In this document: in pieces, positions 9,537-17,742 of the stretch
How positions within the stretch are numbered: the first letter of the stretch is position 1
Layout of the letters: every line of letters begins with the position of its first letter
Virus record (IMG/VR): IMGVR_UViG_3300027769_000034
Span: 1-61,275 of that record
Reading direction: 5' to 3' (one strand)
Source: a virus
Lineage: Duplodnaviria > Caudoviricetes
DNA: 61,275 bases
Translations under genes and position numbers: made by a program
Notes under the pieces: generated by a model
The model's database searches: none
Told to the model about the DNA's origin: nothing
The model's input: the letters and a program-made list of their open reading frames with translations, nothing else

Positions 9537-10074
9537 ACACCTTCTTGGTTGGTTGCTCTGAGCGGTAGAGCGCTACCGCTGATTGTCTAGCAGCGTCGTA
9601 CACTCCGTACTCCTTTGCCTTCTTGATTGCCAGTTCGTAGTTGTTGTCCAATACGTTGGCATTTCCTTGTCCGAGGATTTTCTTTCCTTCGCCTTGGTCA
9701 ACCATAGAAACACCACGTTGGTCAAGAGCCTTAACAGCCTCCTGCCAGGTAAGCATCTCGAGGTACTCCTTAGGAGTCATAGCTCCTTTGGCTCCAGTCT
9801 CCTTCGGTGAACGGCCTTTGCCAACCCAGCTGTCATCCTTACCAGGAACAACTCCACCTTCGGCGTACTTCTTTCTTTGGATAACCTTGTAGCCCTTGCG
9901 CTTGAGCTCAGCATCAAACTGCTTCAAAGCGTCCGGGTCGTACTTCTTGATGGCGTTGCGCTCAGCAGTCTTCGAATCAAGGAAGTTCTGCTTGGCGATT
10001 TCCATATCGCTCATCTTCTTTCTGGGGTCCGGGGTGATGGGGCCTCCGTTCTTATAAAGCTTCTTTGCTTTCAT
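9535..10074 (-). CDS. Basic protein, MKAKK type with Y-x-x-GG motifs
   Basis: MKAKKLYKNGG and internal KKYAEGG. Confidence 0.75.
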   Translation of the reverse strand: MKAKKLYKNGGPITPDPRKKMSDMEIAKQNFLDSKTAERNAIKKYDPDALKQFDAELKRKGYKVIQRKKYAEGGVVPGKDDSWVGKGRSPKETGAKGAMTPKEYLEMLTWQEAVKALDQRGVSMVDQGEGKKILGQGNANVLDNNYELAIKKAKEYGVYDAARQSAVALYRSEQPTKKV

Positions 10075-10158
10075 CTTGTTTGTTTTGTTCAGGCTCTATT
10101 TCCTTCAACATCTGTTCGATGATGATTTGATAGTCTATCCTTTGTTTTCCAAAATTAA

Positions 10159-10623
10159 TCACTTAAACGGTACGTATTTCGTGGTGTTACCGTCTTTGAT
10201 TGCTTTGAGAATCTGTTTGCGGTTTGCACCCTTGCGGTATCCTACGTGTACCCAGTCAGGATTCTTGCTTGAACCAAACTCCCAGATGAGCTGGTCGAAC
10301 TCCAAGTTATCCTTGATGAAGTTGAATACGTCAGCATTCGTTACTCCGTTACCGTGACCGTCCTGGTCTAGGTCAAGAGCACGTCCGTTGTTATGGTCCG
10401 AAGTTGAGCTACCACCGATAGCCTTATTCAGGGCCGCAGAGCGGTAACCACTAGAGATAAAGATGGGCACACCGAAGTGCTCACGTACTTTATCAAACAC
10501 CTCAACAGCGATAACCTTAAGGTTCTCCAGATGCTCAGGGGTAGGATTGTTGTCAATTCCTCTTCTTTTGGCGGTGTCACTCCGTGTCACTTCGGCCAAC
10601 GATACGTAGTTGCTTAGTTTCAT
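10159..10623 (-). CDS. Endolysin, peptidase M15A family
   Basis: SSGYRS...IGG...SDH..GRALD...WVHV Zn-peptidase motifs; TACTTTTG box 4 nt before ATG 10623. Confidence 0.85.
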   Translation of the reverse strand: MKLSNYVSLAEVTRSDTAKRRGIDNNPTPEHLENLKVIAVEVFDKVREHFGVPIFISSGYRSAALNKAIGGSSTSDHNNGRALDLDQDGHGNGVTNADVFNFIKDNLEFDQLIWEFGSSKNPDWVHVGYRKGANRKQILKAIKDGNTTKYVPFK

Positions 10624-10665
10624 ACGGCAAAAGTAAAAAGTATCTTTGTACGCAAAATTCAATAT

Positions 10666-11181
10666 ATGCCGAGTTACAAGAAGAAGCCTACCCGTAGCGA
10701 GAAGCTACGTATGATGGAAAAAGTCCAGGCCAAGCGCATAGACGACTACAGAGTACACAAGCACCTGAAGGCTGACCCATACAACATCCTCAAGCTACTC
10801 AACCACGTTCTTATAGACGCCAAGCATAATTACAATATAGATACAAGAGAGCTGTGCTTCCTGCTGTTCATCTACGACCTAGAGATGTTCTCCCTTGAAT
10901 ACATACTGCCTACATTCGGGTACACAGGCCGACAGGACAACTTTGTAGACATAACACTGTACCCACTCATCCAAGGAGGATACGTACGCAAGTACTCCCC
11001 GGCACAGGACACGGACCTACCAATCATAATGGCTAGAAACAACAAACAGACTACTAGGTACTGCATCACCGTATCTGGACGCAAGCTAGTGAAGCGATAC
11101 CTTGACAAGCTGCACGGCAGAGAGAGCATCTTGGTCGACGAAAAGACCCACTTCAGAATGTTCCTTCTCGGAGAGGAGTGA
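10666..11181 (+). CDS. Putative winged-helix DNA-binding protein
   Basis: ELCFLLFIY...PLIQGGYV...YCITVSGRKLV MarR-like pattern; TATCTTTG box at 10641. Confidence 0.55.
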   Translation: MPSYKKKPTRSEKLRMMEKVQAKRIDDYRVHKHLKADPYNILKLLNHVLIDAKHNYNIDTRELCFLLFIYDLEMFSLEYILPTFGYTGRQDNFVDITLYPLIQGGYVRKYSPAQDTDLPIIMARNNKQTTRYCITVSGRKLVKRYLDKLHGRESILVDEKTHFRMFLLGEE

Positions 11182-11263
11182 TGTTAATAGATTCTTCCTA
11201 TCAGAATACACAGATACAGCATAGAATGAATCTGTTCACCCGTGCTATGATAGGTTTTAACTA

Positions 11264-11295
11264 TTTGACTTTGTCATTTTTTTGCCGTAACTTCG
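11264..11295 (+). promoter_or_regulatory. Promoter for candidate RNA 1
   Basis: TTTG-20 nt-TAACTTCG. Confidence 0.5.
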
Positions 11296-11296
11296 C

Positions 11297-11463
11297 AGAG
11301 AGCGAAAGCAGGGCGAGCAGAAGCTAAGCGAGCCCGTACCACTCAGGATGCTTGAAGAACGAAACGAAAGCACCGCTTCAGGGCGTCGGGAAAGCGGGCG
11401 CACAACGCCCCGCTGAAGGAGACGACCGACACTCGCTTCGGTAACGCAGAATGCTCTTCTCTC
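11297..11463 (+). ncRNA. Candidate structured RNA 1 (~165 nt)
   Basis: No ORF; nested stems (AGAGC/GCTCT, GGGC/GCCC, TGCTT/AAGCA, CTTCAG/CTGAAG, GGGCGT/ACGCCC, ACCGA/TCGGT) and several GAAA motifs. Confidence 0.5.
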
Positions 11464-12080
11464 AGTTACTCCGTGTTAACGAGGGCAACTATACCCAAAG
11501 CATAACCAGCACCCACTATTGCTAAACTCCTGCAACACAACTCAGTTGCAACAGACTTACGCTTGATTTTTGGGGTGAGTTATATAGATGGTGGGGAGAA
11601 TCGCGCTCTACAGCCGTATCCAACCCCAACCCGAAACGGAATGCCGAACCCAAGCCCCCTCGGTGCAATCGATTGGTTTCAAACGATTTGGCTTTTTGTA
11701 TCGTGTACCTAGTATGGTAACTATTCTAGCGCCGCATTAGACTCAGGACGGAATGCTAACCGGTAGGCAAAAGCATCCTATAATATATATTATGTTAATT
11801 ACAACTTTTAGGAGCCTCTACCCTACCCTGCTCCTGATTGGAATCGGACGTTGGCTCGAGTCCTAAAGACGTATCCAACAACCCCCACAAACTCCCACAT
11901 TACCCCACACTTCAGCCTCATCCCTGACACCTTCCCCAACCTTTGCTCGACAGGAGCGAAGCGACAGGTATATAATAATAATGACGCACGTAAGAGTCGT
12001 GCTGATTAAACTAGATTGAAAATTTTTCTCGGTGATTATCAACGAGTTAAGAGCCTAAATCAAAAAAAGTTTTACAAACA

Positions 12081-12113
12081 CTTGACATCGCTATCCCGAT
12101 TATCGTACGTTTG
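12081..12113 (+). promoter_or_regulatory. Early promoter
   Basis: cTTG(ACA)-21 nt-TACGTTTG with upstream A/T tracts. Confidence 0.75.
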
Positions 12114-12117
12114 CAAT

Positions 12118-12577
12118 GTCACCGACCGACAGCGCCCACCGAGATAGGGAAACGAGTCAGAGTCACCTCGAGGACGAAGCCGCAAGGCGGGCCGAGGAAG
12201 ATGGTAAGCGAGAAGCGTGCCTTGGGGCTGACCCCATAACCATAGTGACCACCGACCTTACGGCCTTTGGCTGTGGTTGCGCTGAATGACTCTTAGGTAC
12301 TTTGATACACGACGAGCGGTAGTGACCACGGCTGAGCGTCAGGGTTTCGAATGTGGTGGAGCGCCTTGGCGCATTGGTTCTGAGAACATAGACTACGCTA
12401 GACGCCTAGACGATTAGATGCTGTTTGGTTCGGTGCCTCTGCCGCCGACAACCCGCTAGAGATTGCGACCAAGGGACGCGTCTCACATTAGCCCACGATA
12501 GGATACCGGCAGAGTGATGGTTCGATTGGGGGCGGCACACTTCAGGTGTCGCGGGTTCGTGACCCACCGCCCTCTCA
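12118..12577 (+). ncRNA. Candidate large structured RNA 2 (~460 nt) with tRNA-like 3' end
   Basis: No ORF; long-range stems 12120-33/12420-35, 12159-65/12287-93, 12315-23/12392-99, 12437-44/12507-14; GNRA hairpin; acceptor stem plus T-arm at 12528-12577. Confidence 0.7.
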
Positions 12578-12608
12578 AACACTATTCATCCACTAAACAC
12601 TAAACACG

Positions 12609-12812
12609 ATGATTTTTATTCCTGCTAAACAATCAGACTACAACCGGCTTGCGTTCACATCACGTAAGTCAGTATCAAAGCGTTCTACCGGCTCGAACTT
12701 CGTTGCCCGTGAGCGTGATATCCTGCTCGGCACTACCCGTGCTGTAGTAAATGCTGTTAACCAACTCACCGCTGAGTACTCCAATACTCGTTTGGTGTAC
12801 GTCTGCAAGTAA
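12609..12812 (+). CDS. Early hypothetical protein
   Basis: ORF preceded by TAAACAC motif. Confidence 0.65.
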   Translation: MIFIPAKQSDYNRLAFTSRKSVSKRSTGSNFVARERDILLGTTRAVVNAVNQLTAEYSNTRLVYVCK

Positions 12813-12836
12813 TCAACCTTAAAACCATTAAACACT

Positions 12837-13031
12837 ATGAAAATCTATAATTTCTTTTATCGAATCCAAGAGAACGGAACGACGATAGAAAAACCATTTT
12901 GTGACGTTAGCGGTCAGTTCGAACCGACCGAAACCATCCAACACGAAGTACTAGAAGACCTCCTTAAGCAGGGCGTCATTACGGCATTCGGATGGACCAC
13001 TACGCTTCCATACTCAACTTCAAATAACTAA
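12837..13031 (+). CDS. Early hypothetical protein
   Basis: TAAACACT-ATG start context. Confidence 0.65.
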   Translation: MKIYNFFYRIQENGTTIEKPFCDVSGQFEPTETIQHEVLEDLLKQGVITAFGWTTTLPYSTSNN

Positions 13032-13035
13032 TAAT

Positions 13036-13236
13036 ATGGACCAAGTATCTCAAATCATTGCCTACGAGTCAGGAGAACTCACTGACCAAGAAATCGTGTA
13101 CCTGTTCGCTGACCTAGTTAAATCAGGTATGGCGTGGAGCCTGCAAGGGCACTACGGACGCACTGCTCACCTGTTAATCAGGGAGGGCTACATCGACTTC
13201 GAGGGCAATGTTTCTTTGGCCGCTCTAGAACTTTAA
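13036..13236 (+). CDS. Conserved small phage protein
   Basis: IIAYESGEL...LV.SG.AWSLQGHYGR motif familiar from phage early regions. Confidence 0.75.
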   Translation: MDQVSQIIAYESGELTDQEIVYLFADLVKSGMAWSLQGHYGRTAHLLIREGYIDFEGNVSLAALEL

Positions 13237-13270
13237 CCAACCACTAATTCACTTTTTAAATCTAAACATT

Positions 13271-13843
13271 ATGGAAACTGCAATCAATTACAGCAACGGA
13301 GACCGAGTAATATATAAACCCGGAGAAGGTCACCTACCGGTAAAGGGCGGCGTAGGAAAAAAGGCTACTATCGTCGATGTCGAGAACGGACTCATTCAGT
13401 TCGACAAAAATGTCGGAGGACACGAGGGCTCGGCCGGACTTCCTAGTGGAACGGGATGGTATGTCAACCTTGAGAGGGACGTGGTGCCTGTCAAGCGTGG
13501 GCGTCCAATTAAGAAAGAGGCCGATAAGTATGACGAGGTTCTCTCTGAAATTGCTAAGTCACTAAAGGCGCTTGAGCAAGTAGATATCGACGAGTTAGTT
13601 GCTGAAATCAAAGCACGTTCTGAATCTCGAAAAGTGAAATCTGAGGCTGAACAATACTTCGACTTCGGAGACTCTCACGAATTAGGGATGTCGACGTGTG
13701 AGGGTCCGCTGTACATCCGATACGGCCTTGCTGACCCGTACTTCGAGGGTCGTGAGTTAGGCTTCAATACCGCCGACTACGAGATTCGTATCAACGACCT
13801 TGTGATTCCTACAGGTGCTGTGCTCAGAGCAAAGAAGAAGTAA
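13271..13843 (+). CDS. Early hypothetical protein (SH3-like N-terminus)
   Basis: GDRVIY...ATIVDV pattern; TAAACATT-ATG start context. Confidence 0.7.
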   Translation: METAINYSNGDRVIYKPGEGHLPVKGGVGKKATIVDVENGLIQFDKNVGGHEGSAGLPSGTGWYVNLERDVVPVKRGRPIKKEADKYDEVLSEIAKSLKALEQVDIDELVAEIKARSESRKVKSEAEQYFDFGDSHELGMSTCEGPLYIRYGLADPYFEGRELGFNTADYEIRINDLVIPTGAVLRAKKK

Positions 13844-13852
13844 TCTTCGGTG

Positions 13853-13894
13853 GGTGTGAATGGTTTATGCGGGTTCGATTCCCGCCACACCGCA
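13853..13894 (+). ncRNA. tRNA-like minihelix (acceptor stem + T-arm)
   Basis: GGTGTG...GCGGG-TTCGATT-CCCGC-CACACC; no D or anticodon arm. Confidence 0.6.
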
Positions 13895-13919
13895 ATGTTC
13901 AATTAATTAACTAAACACT

Positions 13920-14321
13920 ATGAAACAGGAAATCAATAAGGTACTAGTTGCCTACGGCGAATACATTAAGGCTGTATCGGCTTTCAGGGATGCTACTGAC
14001 GAGAGCGTACGTAGCAAACTCATCGACTTCTCCATCATCGAGCAGGCCACTGCTGACCTTGGCGAGCAGATACTAGGAGCCAATAAGACCATCGAAGAGC
14101 ACGAGGTTCGTGAGAAGCGAACTAAGGAATATCAAAACTCCTACGGCGTGTTCATCATCGCCGACAGGCTTCAGTACTTCAAGAGCGACTATGACCTTGA
14201 CGAACTATGGGATGAGGCTGTTGAATTATACCTTCAGTTCCTTGACAGCGAGTTCAACGTCTCCACCAAAAGCGAGATGGACTGCATCACCGATTTTTTA
14301 GAACATAACGAATTACTCTAA
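13920..14321 (+). CDS. Early hypothetical protein
   Basis: TAAACACT-ATG start context. Confidence 0.7.
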   Translation: MKQEINKVLVAYGEYIKAVSAFRDATDESVRSKLIDFSIIEQATADLGEQILGANKTIEEHEVREKRTKEYQNSYGVFIIADRLQYFKSDYDLDELWDEAVELYLQFLDSEFNVSTKSEMDCITDFLEHNELL

Positions 14322-14890
14322 TGGAAATTACCTGCTTCGAATGCTCAGGGACTATCAACGAGTCCACTGACTTCTACACCTTTAATATTATAGGTGAGAC
14401 TATCTGCGATTCCTGCGAGCGAAGCCATTGGGAAGGCGCAGTACGTGTGATGCACTACGACCCAAAGTCAGAAGACTTAATTGGTTACCTGCACTGCTAC
14501 TCACTAGGTCAAACCCGTACGTCGGAAGACTTCGAAGAGTGCGATACTCCTGCGCCAATTGACTACGTTCAATGGAAAGCAACCGACGCGTGGCGCGGCT
14601 ACGCGGACGTTCAGTACAAAGACAACTTCGAAGTGGTAGCCAACGGGTGGGCCACAGGTAACTACGACGACGTCAAGTGGAAGTGGGACTTCAATGAGTT
14701 CTACGAAAACATTCAAGATGGAACGCTAGTCCCTCCCGTAGACGTGTGGTTTGTATTCGCTCAGACGAGTAATGTATTCTCTACTGCTGTAGACATCGTC
14801 GTTCACAATCATCAAGCGGCGACGTTCCTGAATTGGCTTGCCGATGAAGCAGGAATGACCCGCAATGAACTCTTGGATGCCTTGAGTTAA
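14321..14890 (+). CDS. Hypothetical protein with N-terminal Zn finger
   Basis: CxxC...CxxC; TDAWRGY motif. Confidence 0.75.
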   Translation: MEITCFECSGTINESTDFYTFNIIGETICDSCERSHWEGAVRVMHYDPKSEDLIGYLHCYSLGQTRTSEDFEECDTPAPIDYVQWKATDAWRGYADVQYKDNFEVVANGWATGNYDDVKWKWDFNEFYENIQDGTLVPPVDVWFVFAQTSNVFSTAVDIVVHNHQAATFLNWLADEAGMTRNELLDALS

Positions 14891-14960
14891 AGAAACCCTC
14901 CGTGCAGGGGATGTGTTTAGTGTTTGGTACTAGGGTGGCACGGCACCCTTTTCCTTTTTT
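14891..14960 (+). terminator. Terminator preceded by a hairpin and an exposed GTGTTTAGTGTTT segment (sRNA-like)
   Basis: CCCT/AGGG hairpin, single-stranded 14911-14931, AGGGTG/CACCCT stem plus T-rich tail. Confidence 0.6.
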
Positions 14961-14969
14961 CTTAAAACT

Positions 14970-15125
14970 ATGCCATACATCGTTTCATTCAACCCCGACA
15001 CACTCCGGTACGACATCTACGACGTACAAAAGTGTAGAGTAATGGCCTCCTACTTCGATAGGGACCAAGCCTTTAACGACGCCAAAAAACGTGAAACATT
15101 TAGAATCAATAAAAAACAATTATGA
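14970..15125 (+). CDS. Small hypothetical protein (51 aa)
   Basis: Manual translation MPYIVSFNPD...; ATGA-coupled to next ORF. Confidence 0.55.
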   Translation: MPYIVSFNPDTLRYDIYDVQKCRVMASYFDRDQAFNDAKKRETFRINKKQL

Positions 15126-15247
15126 AAGACGAACACATTAAGTACTTAGTACTCCGTATTCAAGCCCTTACCGACTACAATAAGAAGTTGGAGGAAAAAA
15201 TAAAACAACTAGAGTCAAATCAAGCCGATGGCAAACTATTGCAATAA
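15122..15247 (+). CDS. Small coiled-coil protein (41 aa)
   Basis: Manual translation MKDEHIKYLVLRIQAL... Confidence 0.5.
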   Translation: MKDEHIKYLVLRIQALTDYNKKLEEKIKQLESNQADGKLLQ

Positions 15248-15737
15248 CTTCGTCAAGTTCAAGTCGTCAAACAACGACGTCTTCGAGCAAATTAAAAAAG
15301 ACATCGAGCGCTACACAAAAGTTCTCTTTTGGGACGTAGAGTTTGACCAACAGGAGGACAATGTGCTGTTCGCTCAGGGCCCTACAAAATGGGTTCCACC
15401 TCACGAACTCCTGACGGAACTAAGTAAAAAGTACGATGTATCAATACACAATGAATACGATGAAATTCAAGGAAACTTTGCAGGACACACTTATTATGAA
15501 TGCGGAACTAAGTTCGACTTTAGTCTTCCATTCTACGAATACTTTTTCTACAATAACCCTGATGAGTTCCAATACCACCTTTCAAACTTTATTCTTTCGA
15601 TGCGGCACAACTCAGACTTCGACTATGCCGTAGACCTTTTAACTATGGGATGGGTTAACACCCCTGACTCAGACACCCTCAACTACATTAAGGAAGTATA
15701 CACTAAAACCCAATCACTAATCTCTAAATCAATTTAA
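15228..15737 (+). CDS. Ferredoxin-like-fold phage protein (DUF1281/YubB-like)
   Basis: MANYCNN...TKWVPP...LSKKY...YDE...FAG pattern. Confidence 0.55.
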   Translation: MANYCNNFVKFKSSNNDVFEQIKKDIERYTKVLFWDVEFDQQEDNVLFAQGPTKWVPPHELLTELSKKYDVSIHNEYDEIQGNFAGHTYYECGTKFDFSLPFYEYFFYNNPDEFQYHLSNFILSMRHNSDFDYAVDLLTMGWVNTPDSDTLNYIKEVYTKTQSLISKSI

Positions 15738-15739
15738 AA

Positions 15740-16642
15740 ATGGAAATCAATCAATTCGGTCAACTCGTTGACACCCACAACTCGCTCGTTTCTGCCAAGG
15801 CTACTGCCCAAATGCTAGACTCTTTCGGTCTCAATTGGATAGTCGAAAAGCAACCACTACTTCTCCCATCAGGGACGGAATCAGGTTATTTCGGAGTGGT
15901 ACGAAAGGACACTGAGACAGTGTTCACTACTGCCACCTCTCAGTATGAGGTCTTTCAGAACGAAGAACTGGCAGAACTAGTACAGGAGGTTGCTCAGACA
16001 CTCGGCTCAAGCATCGCTCGAGGCGGCCTGTTCAACGACGGCGGTAAGGTATACCTTCAAATCCCTATGGAAGACAAGGTTATCGGTACCGACCTAGTAA
16101 AGCGCTACGCCACAGCAATCAACAGCCACGACGGAACTACTGCTCTTCGTTGGGGTGCGTCAAGCGTTACTATCTCTTGCAAAAACTCCTTCAATGCTGC
16201 GGCAAAGGACCTAAAGGATAGCGTCCGCCACACGGCAAATATGCGCCGCGCCGTAGAAGAATCTCTTCGTGCCATCCAAGGTATCAACGACGCTGACGCT
16301 ACGCTCTACGAGGTGTTCCGACGTATGGCTGACAAGCAAGTACGACAGCCTGACATTCAGCGTGTAGTAGATGCTGTTGTAGGTGTAGATATCCTCAAGT
16401 CTGCCAAGACTGCACGTGACGAGTACTCTACTCGACGCCTGAACCAAGCGCAGGACCTGAGTGTGTCAATCGCTAAAGAGATGTCTTACAAGGGCGATAA
16501 CCTTTGGGGACTATTCTCAGGTGTGACCCACTACACTACGCACAAAGCCGGTCGCGAAGGCAGCCGCGAGGTGTCTAAGATGACGGGCTCTCTGCAGAAG
16601 ACTGACCAACGTGTGTTCAATATTCTAGCAGAACTAGTATAA
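15740..16642 (+). CDS. DUF932 family protein
   Basis: GLNWIVEK, YEVFQN, NSHDGT, CKNS, LWGLFSGVTHY motifs. Confidence 0.85.
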   Translation: MEINQFGQLVDTHNSLVSAKATAQMLDSFGLNWIVEKQPLLLPSGTESGYFGVVRKDTETVFTTATSQYEVFQNEELAELVQEVAQTLGSSIARGGLFNDGGKVYLQIPMEDKVIGTDLVKRYATAINSHDGTTALRWGASSVTISCKNSFNAAAKDLKDSVRHTANMRRAVEESLRAIQGINDADATLYEVFRRMADKQVRQPDIQRVVDAVVGVDILKSAKTARDEYSTRRLNQAQDLSVSIAKEMSYKGDNLWGLFSGVTHYTTHKAGREGSREVSKMTGSLQKTDQRVFNILAELV

Positions 16643-16670
16643 GAGGTGGGGCTTCGGCCCCATCTTTTTT
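16643..16670 (+). terminator. Intrinsic terminator
   Basis: GGTGGGGC-TTCG-GCCCCATC plus T-tract. Confidence 0.85.
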
Positions 16671-16688
16671 CTTAATTTTAAGAAAACT

Positions 16689-17030
16689 ATGTATATGATA
16701 CTTTCTGAGAATGATTTCACATCTATGGTGTTTCGGTTTGCTTTCGAGCATAACGGTGCACATAGAGAATTCGACGTACAACCTGAGGGCAGGTGGCAGG
16801 TCGAATGCGCTACTGACAATGACGGACAAGAGTACATTTTGGTCATTGAACTAGACCTAAACGACCACGTCAATGCGTACGTCGAGGCCATTACCTTGAC
16901 TGACTTTCTTATCGCCGATGAGGCAGTAGGAGAAGAAATGTTCTCAGACTATGTATTCAGTAAAGTATGTGGTCTAGAAGATGGCACGCTAAGTTTAATC
17001 TTAAGTAAACCGAATGAGAAATCTGATTAA
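16689..17030 (+). CDS. Hypothetical acidic protein
   Basis: ORF with A-rich start context. Confidence 0.65.
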   Translation: MYMILSENDFTSMVFRFAFEHNGAHREFDVQPEGRWQVECATDNDGQEYILVIELDLNDHVNAYVEAITLTDFLIADEAVGEEMFSDYVFSKVCGLEDGTLSLILSKPNEKSD

Positions 17031-17172
17031 AAAAGTGCTGTTCACAATCATCTTCATTCTAGGTTCGGTATATGTCGGCTCTATGCTTGATAATGAGCCA
17101 ATTATAGGGGTGATTACGATGCTTGCAGCAGTCGCGTTTTACGGAATTGGAGAGCGAGTCGGGATATTCTGA
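17014..17172 (+). CDS. Small membrane protein (52 aa)
   Basis: Manual translation MRNLIKKVLFTIIFILGSVYVG...; two hydrophobic segments. Confidence 0.55.
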   Translation: MRNLIKKVLFTIIFILGSVYVGSMLDNEPIIGVITMLAAVAFYGIGERVGIF

Positions 17173-17204
17173 CTTGCTTTCTAGTTCAATCTTTTGTATA
17201 TTTG
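17173..17204 (+). promoter_or_regulatory. Promoter for recombination/replication operon
   Basis: cTTG-20 nt-TATATTTG. Confidence 0.7.
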
Positions 17205-17223
17205 TATCACTAATTTATTGAAA

Positions 17224-17742
17224 ATGTCTACATATAAGTTCAAATCAACCAACATCAAGGGTAAAGAGTACGTAGAGGTAAATCAACGACTTCTTTACTT
17301 CCGCAACGAACCAACTTACGTAGGATATAGCATCGAGAACGAGATAGTCGCAGTAGACTCTGAGTCGTGTATCGTAAAGTCTACCATCCGGAATGCTGAA
17401 CATCGAGTAGTGGCTGTTGCTCACGCTCAGGAGGATAGAACCTCTTCGCATATCAATAAGACTAGTTACATCGAGAACTGCGAGACCTCTGCTGTTGGGC
17501 GAGCCCTTGCTATGCTCGGTATCGGTATCGAGACCTCGATTGCATCTGCAAACGAAGTTCAGATGGCTGTAGCCAAGCAGGAAATCGCACAAGAAAAGAA
17601 AGAGGAGACTCTATTCGAGAAGTCTGTTAACTACATCAAAGGCGCTAGCAATAAGAAAGAGGCCCTTGAGCAAGTGCTGACTAAGTACGGAACTGAGTTC
17701 TCAGACAAACAAAAAGAAGCCCTAACCAAATTTGTGAAATGA
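17224..17742 (+). CDS. Putative ssDNA-annealing recombinase (Rad52/Sak-like)
   Basis: IKGKEYVEV..R...ENCETSAVGRALAMLGIG motif. Confidence 0.6.
   Translation: MSTYKFKSTNIKGKEYVEVNQRLLYFRNEPTYVGYSIENEIVAVDSESCIVKSTIRNAEHRVVAVAHAQEDRTSSHINKTSYIENCETSAVGRALAMLGIGIETSIASANEVQMAVAKQEIAQEKKEETLFEKSVNYIKGASNKKEALEQVLTKYGTEFSDKQKEALTKFVK

Noticed and set aside
10052-10162. Possible 36-aa minus-strand ORF between the endolysin and the MKAKK gene
   Set aside because: It fits the gap with a GTG start but has no recognisable motif; too weak to list.
12118-12577. tmRNA or RNase P RNA
   Set aside because: The acceptor stem is local with no G3:U70 pair and no tag ORF was found; the RNase P GAGGAAAGTCC core is absent.
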